A stretch of DNA of 64,000 bases from Myxococcaceae bacterium (GTDB lineage Bacteria; Myxococcota; Myxococcia; Myxococcales; Myxococcaceae): NCBI GenBank assembly GCA_036781205.1, contig DAIQBK010000003.1:66738-130737 (forward strand), given 5' to 3'. Shown here in pieces: positions 7,412-16,121 of the stretch (its first letter is position 1; every line of letters begins with the position of its first letter). The position numbers were made by a program, and so were the translations under genes. The notes beneath the pieces are model-generated. The model searched no databases, was not told the origin of the DNA, and saw nothing but the letters and a program-made list of their open reading frames with translations.

Positions 7412-10012
7412 ATGACCCGTGGTCCAGTTCCAGTCAAGGCGGATCGAGCACCAGGCGGTGGGCTGCGGGTGCTCAAATTCGGGGGAAATACACTCGATGA
7501 TCCCATGGCCCTCGCTCAGGCCGTAGGCGAGCTGCGTAAGGTAGCTCCCGCCGTCGTCGTGGTCTCCGCAAGCCGCGCCAGCACCGATCTGCTCCTCGGC
7601 GCCGCCCGATTGGCCCTCGACGGACAAGTGCAGGATGCGCGAGAGATGGCGCAACACTTTGGCGAGCATTGGATGTCGCGGATTCGCGAGGCGATCCCGT
7701 CCTCATCGGAGGCCGGGCGGCTGAGCGCGCGGGTGGATGACGAGGTCCAACGCGCATTGGCGGTCTGCGAAGGGGTGCGAACCCTACGCGAGCTCAGCGA
7801 GAGAACCATCAACACGCTGCGGGCGATCGCGCAGCGGACCGCGGCAGAGTTTTTGGCCGCGCTGGCGCGACAGCACCAGGTGCGCACGGAAGTCGTCGAG
7901 CCCACCAGCGTGCTTTTCGCTGAGCGACGACACGATACCCTCTGGCCGGATTTTGCGAAGTGCGCCCGGGGGGCATCGAGCGTCATCGGCCCTCGGCTTG
8001 CGGAACAAGTAACCGTCGTCGTCCCGGGCGGGATCGCCGCCGGCATGGAGGGTGACGCGGTAAGCCTCGACCCGGGCGGATCCGATTTTTCGGCCACGAT
8101 TCTCGCTCGCAGCCTGAAGGCTGCTTCCGTGACGCTGTTCAAGGACTTCGATGGCCTACCGACTGCGGATCCGGGGCTCGTCCCCAACGCGCGGATCATC
8201 CCCGAGCTGCACTATCGGGAAGCTTCAGAGCTCGGCTACTACGGCGGCAAGTGGCTGCACCCCAGAACGCTGATTCCGCTGGTCGAGCCCCAGATTCCCC
8301 TGTTTGTGCGCAACGTACGTTCCGACAGCCCCGGCACCCGGATCGCGGGGGACGTCGAGGCCGGCTCGTATCCGGTCAAGGCGCTCACCGCCTTCGTTGG
8401 GCAGGCGATGCTCGCGGTCGAGGGAAACGGCATGCTCGGCGTCCCGGGCATTGCGGCCCGGACCTTCGCCGCACTCTCCCAGGCAGGTCACTCCGTCTCG
8501 ATGATCAGCCAGGCTTCGAGCGAGTCGTCGATCTGCCTCGTCGTTCCCGAGACGGAAGCGGAGCACGCCAGGGCCGCCCTGCAGGAAGCCTTTGCGACGG
8601 AGCTGGAGCAGCGGCTGATCGATGGGATTCGGCTGCAAAAGAAGCTGGCGGTCGTCGCGGTGGTCGGTCTGGGAATGCGGGGACGACCCGGAATCGCGGC
8701 CCGCACTTTCACTGCGTTGAGCAAGAATCGGATCAATGTCCTGGCGATCGCCCAAGGTTCGTCGGAGCTGAACATCACCGTCGCGCTTTCCGAGGACGAC
8801 GCACCGGCCGCCCTGGGCGCGCTCCATCAGGAATATCGACTGGACCGGTTGCGCCCGCTCGGGGAGAGCGAGGGGCGCGAGTGCAATTTAGTGCTGCTGG
8901 GCTTTGGCCAAATCGGCCGGGCGCTCGCGGATCAGATGTCCAAGCAGTCCAAGTACTTCACGGAGCAGCTGGCATTGAACATCAAGCCGGTCGCGATTCT
9001 CGATCGAGCGGGCGTCCAGCTCAACGAGCACGGCTATGGGCCCGAGGCACTTCGAAAGCTGATCCGAGCAAAGGCGTCGCGAAAAAAGCAAAGCCGACCG
9101 TCCAAGGCGTCCACGCCCAAGCACTCGCTTGAGGTGCTGCGCAAGCAGGTTTGGCCGTTGCCGTTGCACCGGCCGGTGTTGATCGACCTCACCGCGGAGG
9201 AGACCGCGCCGCTGCTTCTCGAGGCGCTGGAGCACGGATTCCACGTGGTGACCGCGAATAAGAAGCCGCTGGCGATCGCCCAGGCGGACTTCGATCGGAT
9301 GATGGAGCTGGCTCGCGAGCGCGGCTTGTCCGTCCGTTACGAGGCCACGGTGGGCGCCGGGCTTCCCGTGCTGGACACCTTGAGCAAGCTTCGCGAGGCA
9401 GGCGACCCGGTACGCAACATCCAAGGGTGCCTTTCGGGAACGCTGGGCTATTTGATGACCCAACTCGAGCAAGGGATTCCCTTTTCGAAGGCCGTCTCCA
9501 CCGCGTACTCGCTGGGCTACACCGAGCCCGATCCACGCGAGGATCTCTCCGGTATGGATGTCGCGCGCAAGGCCCTGATCCTCGCGCGAACGCTCGGCCA
9601 CCGACTCGAGATGGCCGAGATTGACGTTAAGCCGCTGTTCCCGAAACGGCTCTCCAACTCGAATCCCCAGCAGTTCATCAAGAGTTTGAAGGCACTCGAT
9701 CCCGAATATTCAGAGCAGCAGCAAAAGGCTCGAAAAGAGAACAAGGTGCTCCGCTACGTCGCCCAGATTTCCGCCGACGGCGTCGAAGTGGGAATGCGGG
9801 CAGTGGAAGCGAGCTCTCCCCTTGCGCGTCTGCATGGCACGGACAACGAGGTGGTGATCCACACTGAGCGGTATTCGAAGCGGCCGTTGGTGGTGACCGG
9901 CCCAGGCGCCGGGGCGGACGTGACCGCCGCCGGCGTACTCAACGACATCATCGCGATCGCCAGCCACTCCGAGCGAACCAGCTCCCGCCGATCCAAGGCT
10001 ATTGCCCGGTAG
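7412..10012 (+). CDS. thrA: bifunctional aspartokinase / homoserine dehydrogenase
   Basis: 866 aa. It has an N-terminal amino-acid kinase domain (LKFGGNTL), ACT-like regions, and a C-terminal homoserine dehydrogenase domain (LLGFGQIGR Rossmann motif, RYEATVGAGLPV). Confidence 0.9.
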   Translation: MTRGPVPVKADRAPGGGLRVLKFGGNTLDDPMALAQAVGELRKVAPAVVVVSASRASTDLLLGAARLALDGQVQDAREMAQHFGEHWMSRIREAIPSSSEAGRLSARVDDEVQRALAVCEGVRTLRELSERTINTLRAIAQRTAAEFLAALARQHQVRTEVVEPTSVLFAERRHDTLWPDFAKCARGASSVIGPRLAEQVTVVVPGGIAAGMEGDAVSLDPGGSDFSATILARSLKAASVTLFKDFDGLPTADPGLVPNARIIPELHYREASELGYYGGKWLHPRTLIPLVEPQIPLFVRNVRSDSPGTRIAGDVEAGSYPVKALTAFVGQAMLAVEGNGMLGVPGIAARTFAALSQAGHSVSMISQASSESSICLVVPETEAEHARAALQEAFATELEQRLIDGIRLQKKLAVVAVVGLGMRGRPGIAARTFTALSKNRINVLAIAQGSSELNITVALSEDDAPAALGALHQEYRLDRLRPLGESEGRECNLVLLGFGQIGRALADQMSKQSKYFTEQLALNIKPVAILDRAGVQLNEHGYGPEALRKLIRAKASRKKQSRPSKASTPKHSLEVLRKQVWPLPLHRPVLIDLTAEETAPLLLEALEHGFHVVTANKKPLAIAQADFDRMMELARERGLSVRYEATVGAGLPVLDTLSKLREAGDPVRNIQGCLSGTLGYLMTQLEQGIPFSKAVSTAYSLGYTEPDPREDLSGMDVARKALILARTLGHRLEMAEIDVKPLFPKRLSNSNPQQFIKSLKALDPEYSEQQQKARKENKVLRYVAQISADGVEVGMRAVEASSPLARLHGTDNEVVIHTERYSKRPLVVTGPGAGADVTAAGVLNDIIAIASHSERTSSRRSKAIAR

Positions 10013-11801
10013 TCGTGCGCAGAATGGTGCCGAGTTGTCCCACCGCTGTCCCGACGTTGGCATCCACGAACGAAACTCCATAGAGAAAATCCAGCGTTCC
10101 GGTGGGTTGGCGACGCCAGGTTTCGCCACCGTCAGTCGTACGCAGAATCGTTCCCTGACCACCCACAGCCGTTGCCGTGCTGGCGTCCGCGAACGAAACC
10201 GCGAAGAGAAAGTCCCCCGTTGGGACGAATTGGCGATCCCAGGTTATCCCGCCGTCGGTCGTGCGCACGATCTCTCCGAAGTAGCCCACTGCGATCCCCG
10301 TATTTGCATCCACGAACGAGACGGCCGCGAAGTAAGAGAACCTCGTCCCGATCGTCTGCAGCGTCCAGGTTTCCCCGCCATTCGTGGTGTGGAGGATGGT
10401 TCCCTCGGCGCCCACTGCGGTCCCGGTGTTGGCGTCCAAGAACGAAAGGCCCCCGAGGGGAGAGCTCGTCCCGCTCGCTTGGAGCGTCCAGGTTTGTCCG
10501 CCGTCCGTGGTGCGCAGAATGGTTCCAAAGGTACCCACTGCGGTTCCAATGTTGGCGTCTACGAACGAAACCGCAGTGAGGTGATTGGGGGTCCCGCTCG
10601 TTTGCAGCGTCCAAGCTTCCCCGCCATCGGTCGTGTAGAGAATCGTTCCCGCGTAGCCCACCGCCGTCCCGGTGTTGGCGTCCACGAAGGAGACGCCGTA
10701 GAGATCATTGCTGGTCCCGCTCGCTTGGGCCGTCCAGGTGCCCCCGCCATCCTGGGTGCGCAGAATGGTTCCCGCGCTGCCGACCGCTATCCCGGTGACG
10801 GCGTTTACAAATGAGACGGCGTAGAGAGGGTCGCTTCTCCCCCTGGCTTGGACCGTCCACGTTTGTCCACCGTCCGTGGTGTGGAAGACGGTTCCGAAGC
10901 CGCCCACCATTGTCCCGGTGTTGGCGTCTGCGAACGACACGCCGTAGAGAGGGTTGTTCGTGCCGGAAACGTAGCGATTCCACGTTCTCCCACCGTCCGT
11001 CGTCTGCACGATGTTTCCCCGCACGCCCACGGCCGTTCCAGTGTTGGCATCCACGAACGAGACTGCTCTCAGAGGGTCAACCCATTCGTTGTACTGCTGC
11101 GTCCAGCTGAGTCCGCCGTTGGTGGTGCGCAGAATGGTTCCATAGTGGCCCACCGCTGTCCCGGTGTCGGCGTCCACGAAGGAGACCCCATAGAGATCAA
11201 AGATGGTCCCGCTGTACTGTGGCGACCAGGTTCGTCCGCCGTCTATGGTGCGTAGAATGGTTCCAACAAAGCCCACCACCGTCGCGACCCTGGCGTTTAC
11301 GAAGGAGACCTCGTTGAGATCCACCGTGGTGCGGCTGGCTTGGACCGTCCAGGTTTCCCCTCCGTCCGTGGTCGTTAGAATGGTCCCCGCAGCGCCCACT
11401 GCTGCCCCGATGGAAGCGTCCACGAAAGAGACCCCGTACAGATCGTTGAGGGTCCCGCTGGTCTGTTGAGTCCAGGTCTCACCGCCGTCTGCGGTGCGTA
11501 GAATGGTTCCAGAGAAGCCCACCGCCGTCCCGGTGTATGCGTCCACAAACGAGACCCCGCGGAGATCATGTACGGTCCCGCTGGGCTGAAGGGTCCAGGT
11601 GTTCCCGCCGTCGGAAGTGCGCACGATCGTGCCGCCCTCCCCGACCGCCACGACGGTCATCAGGTCCAAGACAGCTGGAGACCAAAGCGTGTTCTGTGTC
11701 GGCAGCACCGGGTTCTGCCGAAACCAACCCGACTGCGCCAGCGGGCCTGTTCGCACACCAGCGATGATCAAGAGAAGCAACACTCTCGGAATGACTTTCA
11801 T
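9999..11801 (-). CDS. secreted multi-blade beta-propeller protein, Ycf48/BNR-like repeats
   Basis: Signal peptide followed by 13 complete and 1 partial ~41-aa units of consensus GTILRTTDGGxTWTxQxSGTxxxLxGVSFVDANTGTAVG. SD GAGGGGGAG lies upstream of the ATG. Confidence 0.75.
   Translation of the reverse strand: MKVIPRVLLLLIIAGVRTGPLAQSGWFRQNPVLPTQNTLWSPAVLDLMTVVAVGEGGTIVRTSDGGNTWTLQPSGTVHDLRGVSFVDAYTGTAVGFSGTILRTADGGETWTQQTSGTLNDLYGVSFVDASIGAAVGAAGTILTTTDGGETWTVQASRTTVDLNEVSFVNARVATVVGFVGTILRTIDGGRTWSPQYSGTIFDLYGVSFVDADTGTAVGHYGTILRTTNGGLSWTQQYNEWVDPLRAVSFVDANTGTAVGVRGNIVQTTDGGRTWNRYVSGTNNPLYGVSFADANTGTMVGGFGTVFHTTDGGQTWTVQARGRSDPLYAVSFVNAVTGIAVGSAGTILRTQDGGGTWTAQASGTSNDLYGVSFVDANTGTAVGYAGTILYTTDGGEAWTLQTSGTPNHLTAVSFVDANIGTAVGTFGTILRTTDGGQTWTLQASGTSSPLGGLSFLDANTGTAVGAEGTILHTTNGGETWTLQTIGTRFSYFAAVSFVDANTGIAVGYFGEIVRTTDGGITWDRQFVPTGDFLFAVSFADASTATAVGGQGTILRTTDGGETWRRQPTGTLDFLYGVSFVDANVGTAVGQLGTILRTTTGQ
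10002..11654 (-). repeat. tandem array of ~123-126-bp coding repeats (propeller blades)
   Basis: The DGGxTW / VSFVDANTGTAVG units recur at a regular ~41-42 codon period through the CDS. Confidence 0.8.
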
Positions 11802-11935
11802 GGCTCCCCCTCAGTCCGGCGTTTTCGTCGCACGCGGGCGACCTGGATGAAAGCCACAACTGCGAAAATCTTCGGCCAATACTAATCCAGGCTCGACGCC
11901 GAATAGCATTCACCTCGAGAAGAGTACGAAGCAAG

Positions 11936-11965
11936 ATCCCAAGGTGGGTTCGCTTCACATCGCGT
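11936..11965. repeat. 30-bp exact direct repeat, copy 1 (intergenic relic of the 3' end of the upstream gene)
   Basis: atcccaaggtgggttcgcttcacatcgcgt is identical to 12100-12129. On the minus strand it encodes RDVKRTHLG, as in the intact gene. Confidence 0.9.
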
Positions 11966-12023
11966 GGCAAACACTGACGCCGGATCACTACTCGTCGTCC
12001 GAGCGCGAAACAACCGATCGGAT

Positions 12024-12581
12024 TCAGGGGCTCTTGGCGCGCAGCTCGGCCAGCTTTGCTCGCTGCGAGTCGGTGAGCAGATTCCGGATCCGGATCAACA
12101 TCCCAAGGTGGGTTCGCTTCACATCGCGTTCCATCGTCATCAGCCGATCCGCCTGCGCGAGCGCCTTCGACTCGTCGATCTTCGGCGCATCCAATGCCCT
12201 GGCCAGCTGCTCCATCGCCGCTTGCATTTGCCATTGCAACTGGAGAACTTGCGATTGCGTCTTTTCAATTTCCTTCAAAATGGCCGTCCGCTGAGCCTCC
12301 TCGACTCCCAGCTCCTCCTGGTGGCCCATGATCAACTCGGGGGGAAACAGCTTCGAGCCGATCGGATCCGCGCCCGGACGGAAGGTCACCAGCTGACGGT
12401 GAGATGAAATAAGATGAAAACCGTTAGCGATTTGAGTTTCACCAGCTCTCCTTTGCACTAGTGCTTGGGTCTGATGTTCTAGTTCTTGGAGCTCTTTCAT
12501 GCGCTGCGTCGGCTCCTCCGCGCGGCTCGCACCGCTGATCAGCCCCAGCGCGACCGTCAAGACCAAGGATCGAATACTCAT
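12024..12581 (-). CDS. periplasmic helical protein, Spy/CpxP-like (LTxxQ motif)
   Basis: Signal peptide (LVLTVALGLISGASRA), helical and charged sequence, and LTDSQ motif near the C-terminus. The ATG overlaps the upstream stop (ATGA at 12578-12581). Confidence 0.5.
   Translation of the reverse strand: MSIRSLVLTVALGLISGASRAEEPTQRMKELQELEHQTQALVQRRAGETQIANGFHLISSHRQLVTFRPGADPIGSKLFPPELIMGHQEELGVEEAQRTAILKEIEKTQSQVLQLQWQMQAAMEQLARALDAPKIDESKALAQADRLMTMERDVKRTHLGMLIRIRNLLTDSQRAKLAELRAKSP
12100..12129. repeat. 30-bp exact direct repeat, copy 2 (inside CDS 12024..12581)
   Basis: Identical to 11936-11965; the copies start 164 nt apart. Confidence 0.9.
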
Positions 12582-12904
12582 GGCAAACTCCTAGCTGCGT
12601 TGAAGGTTGGAACAGTGTTCAGCAGCTCTGAGCCCGGAGTCTGAAGCAGAAAGTCGAGTGGACCATTCCACTCCAAGCTTGGGATCTGCTCCGAGGGGCG
12701 TGTCGGGCCAACTTGAAAGCGAGCAGTCCAGACGAGCAGCAGCGCGACCGCCGCAAGCGCCGGAACTGCCATCCACAGCGCGCGGCGAGGCCGGTTGCCT
12801 ACGCGGGCCGCCTCCCACGTTCGCCGAAATGCTGGCGGGCGATCCGCCCGGTGTGCTTCGTCGAGTAACGCGCGAAGCCTTTTTTCCTGATCCTGGTCGT
12901 TCAC
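12578..12904 (-). CDS. putative anti-sigma factor (single-pass membrane protein)
   Basis: The GTG start overlaps the sigma-factor stop (GTGA at 12901-12904). 108 aa with one TM helix (ALWMAVPALAAVALLLVW). Only the 3' part of track ORF 12578..13795 is taken as real. Confidence 0.55.
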   Translation of the reverse strand: MNDQDQEKRLRALLDEAHRADRPPAFRRTWEAARVGNRPRRALWMAVPALAAVALLLVWTARFQVGPTRPSEQIPSLEWNGPLDFLLQTPGSELLNTVPTFNAARSLP

Positions 12905-13470
12905 TCGATTTCCTCCTCGCCGAGCCGCTCGAGAATCCGCCGTTTGCCTCGATCGTAGTGAACGCGAGCGCTTCCGATGGACACGCCCATGACTTCGGCG
13001 GACTGCTCGATCGTCATGCCCTGATAAAAAACCAATTCCAGCACTTCGCGCTGCCTGCGCGCCAATCGCCTGAGCGCATCGACAATCCGCGTCCGCCGCT
13101 GCTCCCGCGCCAATAGCTCGTCCGCAGCGGGAGCGATCGCCGGCGCTTCTCGCCGGACGAACCAACGATGCACCAGCACCGCCTCGAGGAGCCGGCGACG
13201 ACGATGGTCGGCAGCGGTATTGCGGATCACGCCGAACAGCCAGGTCCTCACGGTCGCTCTGCCACCATAGAGCGCTTGAGCGTTGAGGACCTTGAAGTAC
13301 GCCGCCTGGAGCACCTCTTCCGCATCCGGTCGGCTCCAGCGGCAGCACGCCATCGCCCAGGCAAAGCTCGCTGGATGAAGTTGCTCCAACTCCTCTTCCA
13401 GGGCGCTGTGTTTCAAAAAATCCCACGCTCTCACTCGATTGGTCATGAGTCGTTCGAGGCAGCTTGGCAT
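12901..13470 (-). CDS. ECF-type RNA polymerase sigma factor
   Basis: Sigma-70 region 2 (VRTWLFGVIRNTAADHRRR) and region 4 HTH (QREVLELVFYQGMTIEQSAEVMGVSIGSARVHYDRGK). The start could also be the ATG at 13446. Confidence 0.85.
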   Translation of the reverse strand: MPSCLERLMTNRVRAWDFLKHSALEEELEQLHPASFAWAMACCRWSRPDAEEVLQAAYFKVLNAQALYGGRATVRTWLFGVIRNTAADHRRRRLLEAVLVHRWFVRREAPAIAPAADELLAREQRRTRIVDALRRLARRQREVLELVFYQGMTIEQSAEVMGVSIGSARVHYDRGKRRILERLGEEEIE

Positions 13471-13496
13471 ATGACGCGACGCCGGACATTTGGCCC

Positions 13497-14462
13497 ATGG
13501 GGTGTCTGGAGGCTACTCTCCAGGCCAAACGTGAGGCCGAATTGAAGAAGCAAATTGCGACGGTGTTCGCCCCAGCGACCGTCGGAAACGTCGGGCCCGG
13601 ATTCGATGTCCTTGGACTGGCTGTCGACGGAATTGGCGATACGGTCACCGTCGAGCTGACCGCAGAGCCATCGCGAATCGTTTCCGTCACCGGCTGCGAC
13701 GCCGATCTGATCCCGACGGACGTCGACAAGAACGTCGCTGCGATCGCCGCCCTGGCATTGCTGCAAGCCGCGGGCGAACGCCGCGGGGTGGCCATTTCTC
13801 TTCACAAGGGATTGGCCCTTTCCGGTGGAATGGGAGGCAGCGCGGCCAGCAGCGTAGGTGGGGCCTTGGCGGCAGCAATGGCACTTGGAATCAACCCGCC
13901 GGTCGATCAGCTTCTGAAGGCCGCGCTCGCCGGCGAAGCAGCAGTGGCGGGACGCCATCTGGACAACATCGCTCCATGCCTTTTGGGTGGGTTGACTCTG
14001 GTCCGATCCGTCGAAGACCTGGACGTCATTCCTCTGCCAATCGACGAGATCTGGTGGGTCGCACTCGTCACCCCGCAAATCCGGATCGAAACTCTGGCAG
14101 CTCGGCAGATTTTGCCGATGCAGCTCGATCGCACCGCTTGGGTGCAGCAGATGGCCAACACCGCCGGAGTGGTGACGGCGTTTACCACCGGCGACCGGGA
14201 GCTCCTCAAACGCTCGATGGTCGATCTCTACGCCGAGCCGCGGCGAGCGTCGCTGATTCCACGGCTGCAGGAGGTAAAGGAGGCCGCCTCGGCCGCCGGA
14301 GCACTCGGGTGCTCGATCAGCGGTTCGGGTCCGACGGTGTTTGCAATTGCCTCCGACGAGCGCAGTGCGCACTCCTGTGCCCGGGCGATGCGGAAGGCGT
14401 TTGCAAACGTCAGCGCCACCTACCATGTCGGGCCCGTGGGCCGAGGAGCTCGCGCACTGTGA
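13497..14462 (+). CDS. thrB: homoserine kinase
   Basis: FAPATVGNVGPGFDVLG and the GHMP kinase motif (GLALSGGMGGSAASSV) are present. The start is uncertain; candidates are ATG 13464, ATG 13497 or a TTG near 13541. Confidence 0.85.
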   Translation: MGCLEATLQAKREAELKKQIATVFAPATVGNVGPGFDVLGLAVDGIGDTVTVELTAEPSRIVSVTGCDADLIPTDVDKNVAAIAALALLQAAGERRGVAISLHKGLALSGGMGGSAASSVGGALAAAMALGINPPVDQLLKAALAGEAAVAGRHLDNIAPCLLGGLTLVRSVEDLDVIPLPIDEIWWVALVTPQIRIETLAARQILPMQLDRTAWVQQMANTAGVVTAFTTGDRELLKRSMVDLYAEPRRASLIPRLQEVKEAASAAGALGCSISGSGPTVFAIASDERSAHSCARAMRKAFANVSATYHVGPVGRGARAL

Positions 14463-15724
14463 GCGCCGAGTGGCTCGAGTGCATCGCCTGCCAGGCGCGG
14501 TATCCGGTCGACCAGATTCGATACGGCTGCGACTGCGGGAATTTGTTGTCGGTCGAGCGGCCGAAAGAGGCTCTCTCCGCCTTGACGCCTGCGCAATTCG
14601 ATGCCCGGTTAGGCCGGCGCGAGCCGCTGGCGCAAAGCGGCGTCTGGCGATTTCGCGAAGGAGTGCTCAACGTTCCCGACGCACAAATCGTCACCCACCC
14701 GGAGGGCGGCACCCATCTTTATCAACGCCCCGTGCTCACCGAGTGGGCGGGCATGGACGATCTCCACTTTAAGCACGAGGGGGAAAACCCCACTGGATCC
14801 TTCAAGGACCGGGGAATGACGGTCGCGGTCACCCATGCCGTCCGGCTCGGGGCCCCGGCCGTGGCTTGCGCGTCGACAGGAAACACCAGCTCCTCACTCG
14901 CTGCGTACGCGGCGCAATCCAAGCAGCGCGGGATCGTCCTGATCCCTGCCGGAAAAATTTCGCTGGCGAAGATGTCGCAGGCTCTCGCGTACGGCGCCCG
15001 GTGCCTTCAGGTAGCCGGGGACTTCGATGTGGCGATGTCGCTGGTGCGGCAAGTCTGCGACGCGCTGGGGATTTATCTGGTCAATTCGGTGAATCCATTT
15101 CGAATCGAGGGCCAGAAGACGATTGCTTGGGAACTGCTGCAGGACCTCGCGTGGGATCCTCCTGATTGGATCGTCCTGCCCGCCGGCAACCTGGGCAACA
15201 CCAGCGCGGTAGGAAAGGCGCTCCGCGAGGCATTCGAGGCTGGCTGGATACCGCGACTGCCGAAGATCGCCGCGGTCCAGGCGGCGACGGCGAATCCGTT
15301 TTTTCAAAGTTATCGGGACGGATTCGCGACACGTCCCAAGGTCAAGGCAGAAACGATCGCGACGGCAATTCGGATCGGCAACCCGGTCAGTTTCGAGAAG
15401 GCCAAGAGCGCAATTCTCTACACGCGCGGGGTAGTGACTCAGGTGACAGATGACGAGATTCTGCTGGCCAAGCGGGAAATCGATCGCGCCGGCCTGGGCT
15501 GTGAACCGGCTTCCGCCTGCAGCTTGGCTGGTGCAAAAAAGCTGCGCAGCGAGGGCACCATTCAAGCAGGAGAACGGGTGGTATGCGTGCTGACGGGGCA
15601 TCTGTTGAAGGATCCGGACGCGGTATTGCTGCCCGCGCCCGGCCTTGATGATCCGCGCTCGCAGATCATCGAAGTGGGCGCCACCCTGGCCGAGGTGAAA
15701 AAAGTTCTCGAGGAGTGGCTTTGA
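14459..15724 (+). CDS. thrC: threonine synthase
   Basis: The GTG start overlaps the thrB stop (GTGA at 14459-14462). It has an N-terminal Cys-rich motif (CIACQ...CDCG) and a PLP-lysine motif region (NPTGSFKDRG). The 161-codon N-terminal extension in the track ORF is rejected. Confidence 0.9.
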   Translation: MSAEWLECIACQARYPVDQIRYGCDCGNLLSVERPKEALSALTPAQFDARLGRREPLAQSGVWRFREGVLNVPDAQIVTHPEGGTHLYQRPVLTEWAGMDDLHFKHEGENPTGSFKDRGMTVAVTHAVRLGAPAVACASTGNTSSSLAAYAAQSKQRGIVLIPAGKISLAKMSQALAYGARCLQVAGDFDVAMSLVRQVCDALGIYLVNSVNPFRIEGQKTIAWELLQDLAWDPPDWIVLPAGNLGNTSAVGKALREAFEAGWIPRLPKIAAVQAATANPFFQSYRDGFATRPKVKAETIATAIRIGNPVSFEKAKSAILYTRGVVTQVTDDEILLAKREIDRAGLGCEPASACSLAGAKKLRSEGTIQAGERVVCVLTGHLLKDPDAVLLPAPGLDDPRSQIIEVGATLAEVKKVLEEWL

Positions 15725-15731
15725 CCGCTTC

Positions 15732-16121
15732 CTAGCCGCGGAGGAATACGTTCGTCGCGGTGGCCTTGGTCAGCACCGCGCCGTCCGTCGCTCGCTCCAG
15801 GCGAGTCTCGATGTACGCTTGGGTCTGGCCGTGCTTGACCACTTCGGCGATGCCCCGGATCACCTCACCGGCTCTTGCTGGGCGGAGAAAGTTGATCGAC
15901 ATCTGAATCGTGCTTGAGGCCCGGTCAGGAACAACGGTGAACAGCGCGGGACCGATCGTGTTGTCCAACATCGCCGCGAGAATCCCACCTTGAATAATTC
16001 CGAACGGATTCTCCATCTGCTCCGTAGGGCGAAACAAAACGACTGCCTTACCGCCGGAAGCTTCGACCAGCTCGGATTGGAGAAAGGCGAAACAGGGTGG
16101 TGGAATCTTCGGCGTCGTCAT
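15732..16121 (-). CDS. PaaI-family hotdog-fold thioesterase
   Basis: The GIIQGGILAAMLDNTIGPA motif is present. ATG 16121 overlaps the upstream stop (ATGA at 16118-16121). Confidence 0.7.
   Translation of the reverse strand: MTTPKIPPPCFAFLQSELVEASGGKAVVLFRPTEQMENPFGIIQGGILAAMLDNTIGPALFTVVPDRASSTIQMSINFLRPARAGEVIRGIAEVVKHGQTQAYIETRLERATDGAVLTKATATNVFLRG

Noticed and set aside
12905-13795. Upstream 297 codons of track ORF 12578..13795.
   Set aside because: This part overlaps the ECF sigma gene in another frame and runs antisense to thrB. Only the last 108 codons, which start at a GTG overlapping the sigma stop and contain a TM helix, look like a real gene.
13976-14458. 161-codon N-terminal extension of the thrC ORF. 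Analogous extensions occur at 30844..31311 (anti-sigma), 48039..48626 (ECF sigma) and 49145..49201 (kinase).
   Set aside because: The extensions overlap the preceding well-supported genes and are Arg/Pro-rich nonsense. Conserved N-termini begin at the 4-nt overlap starts.
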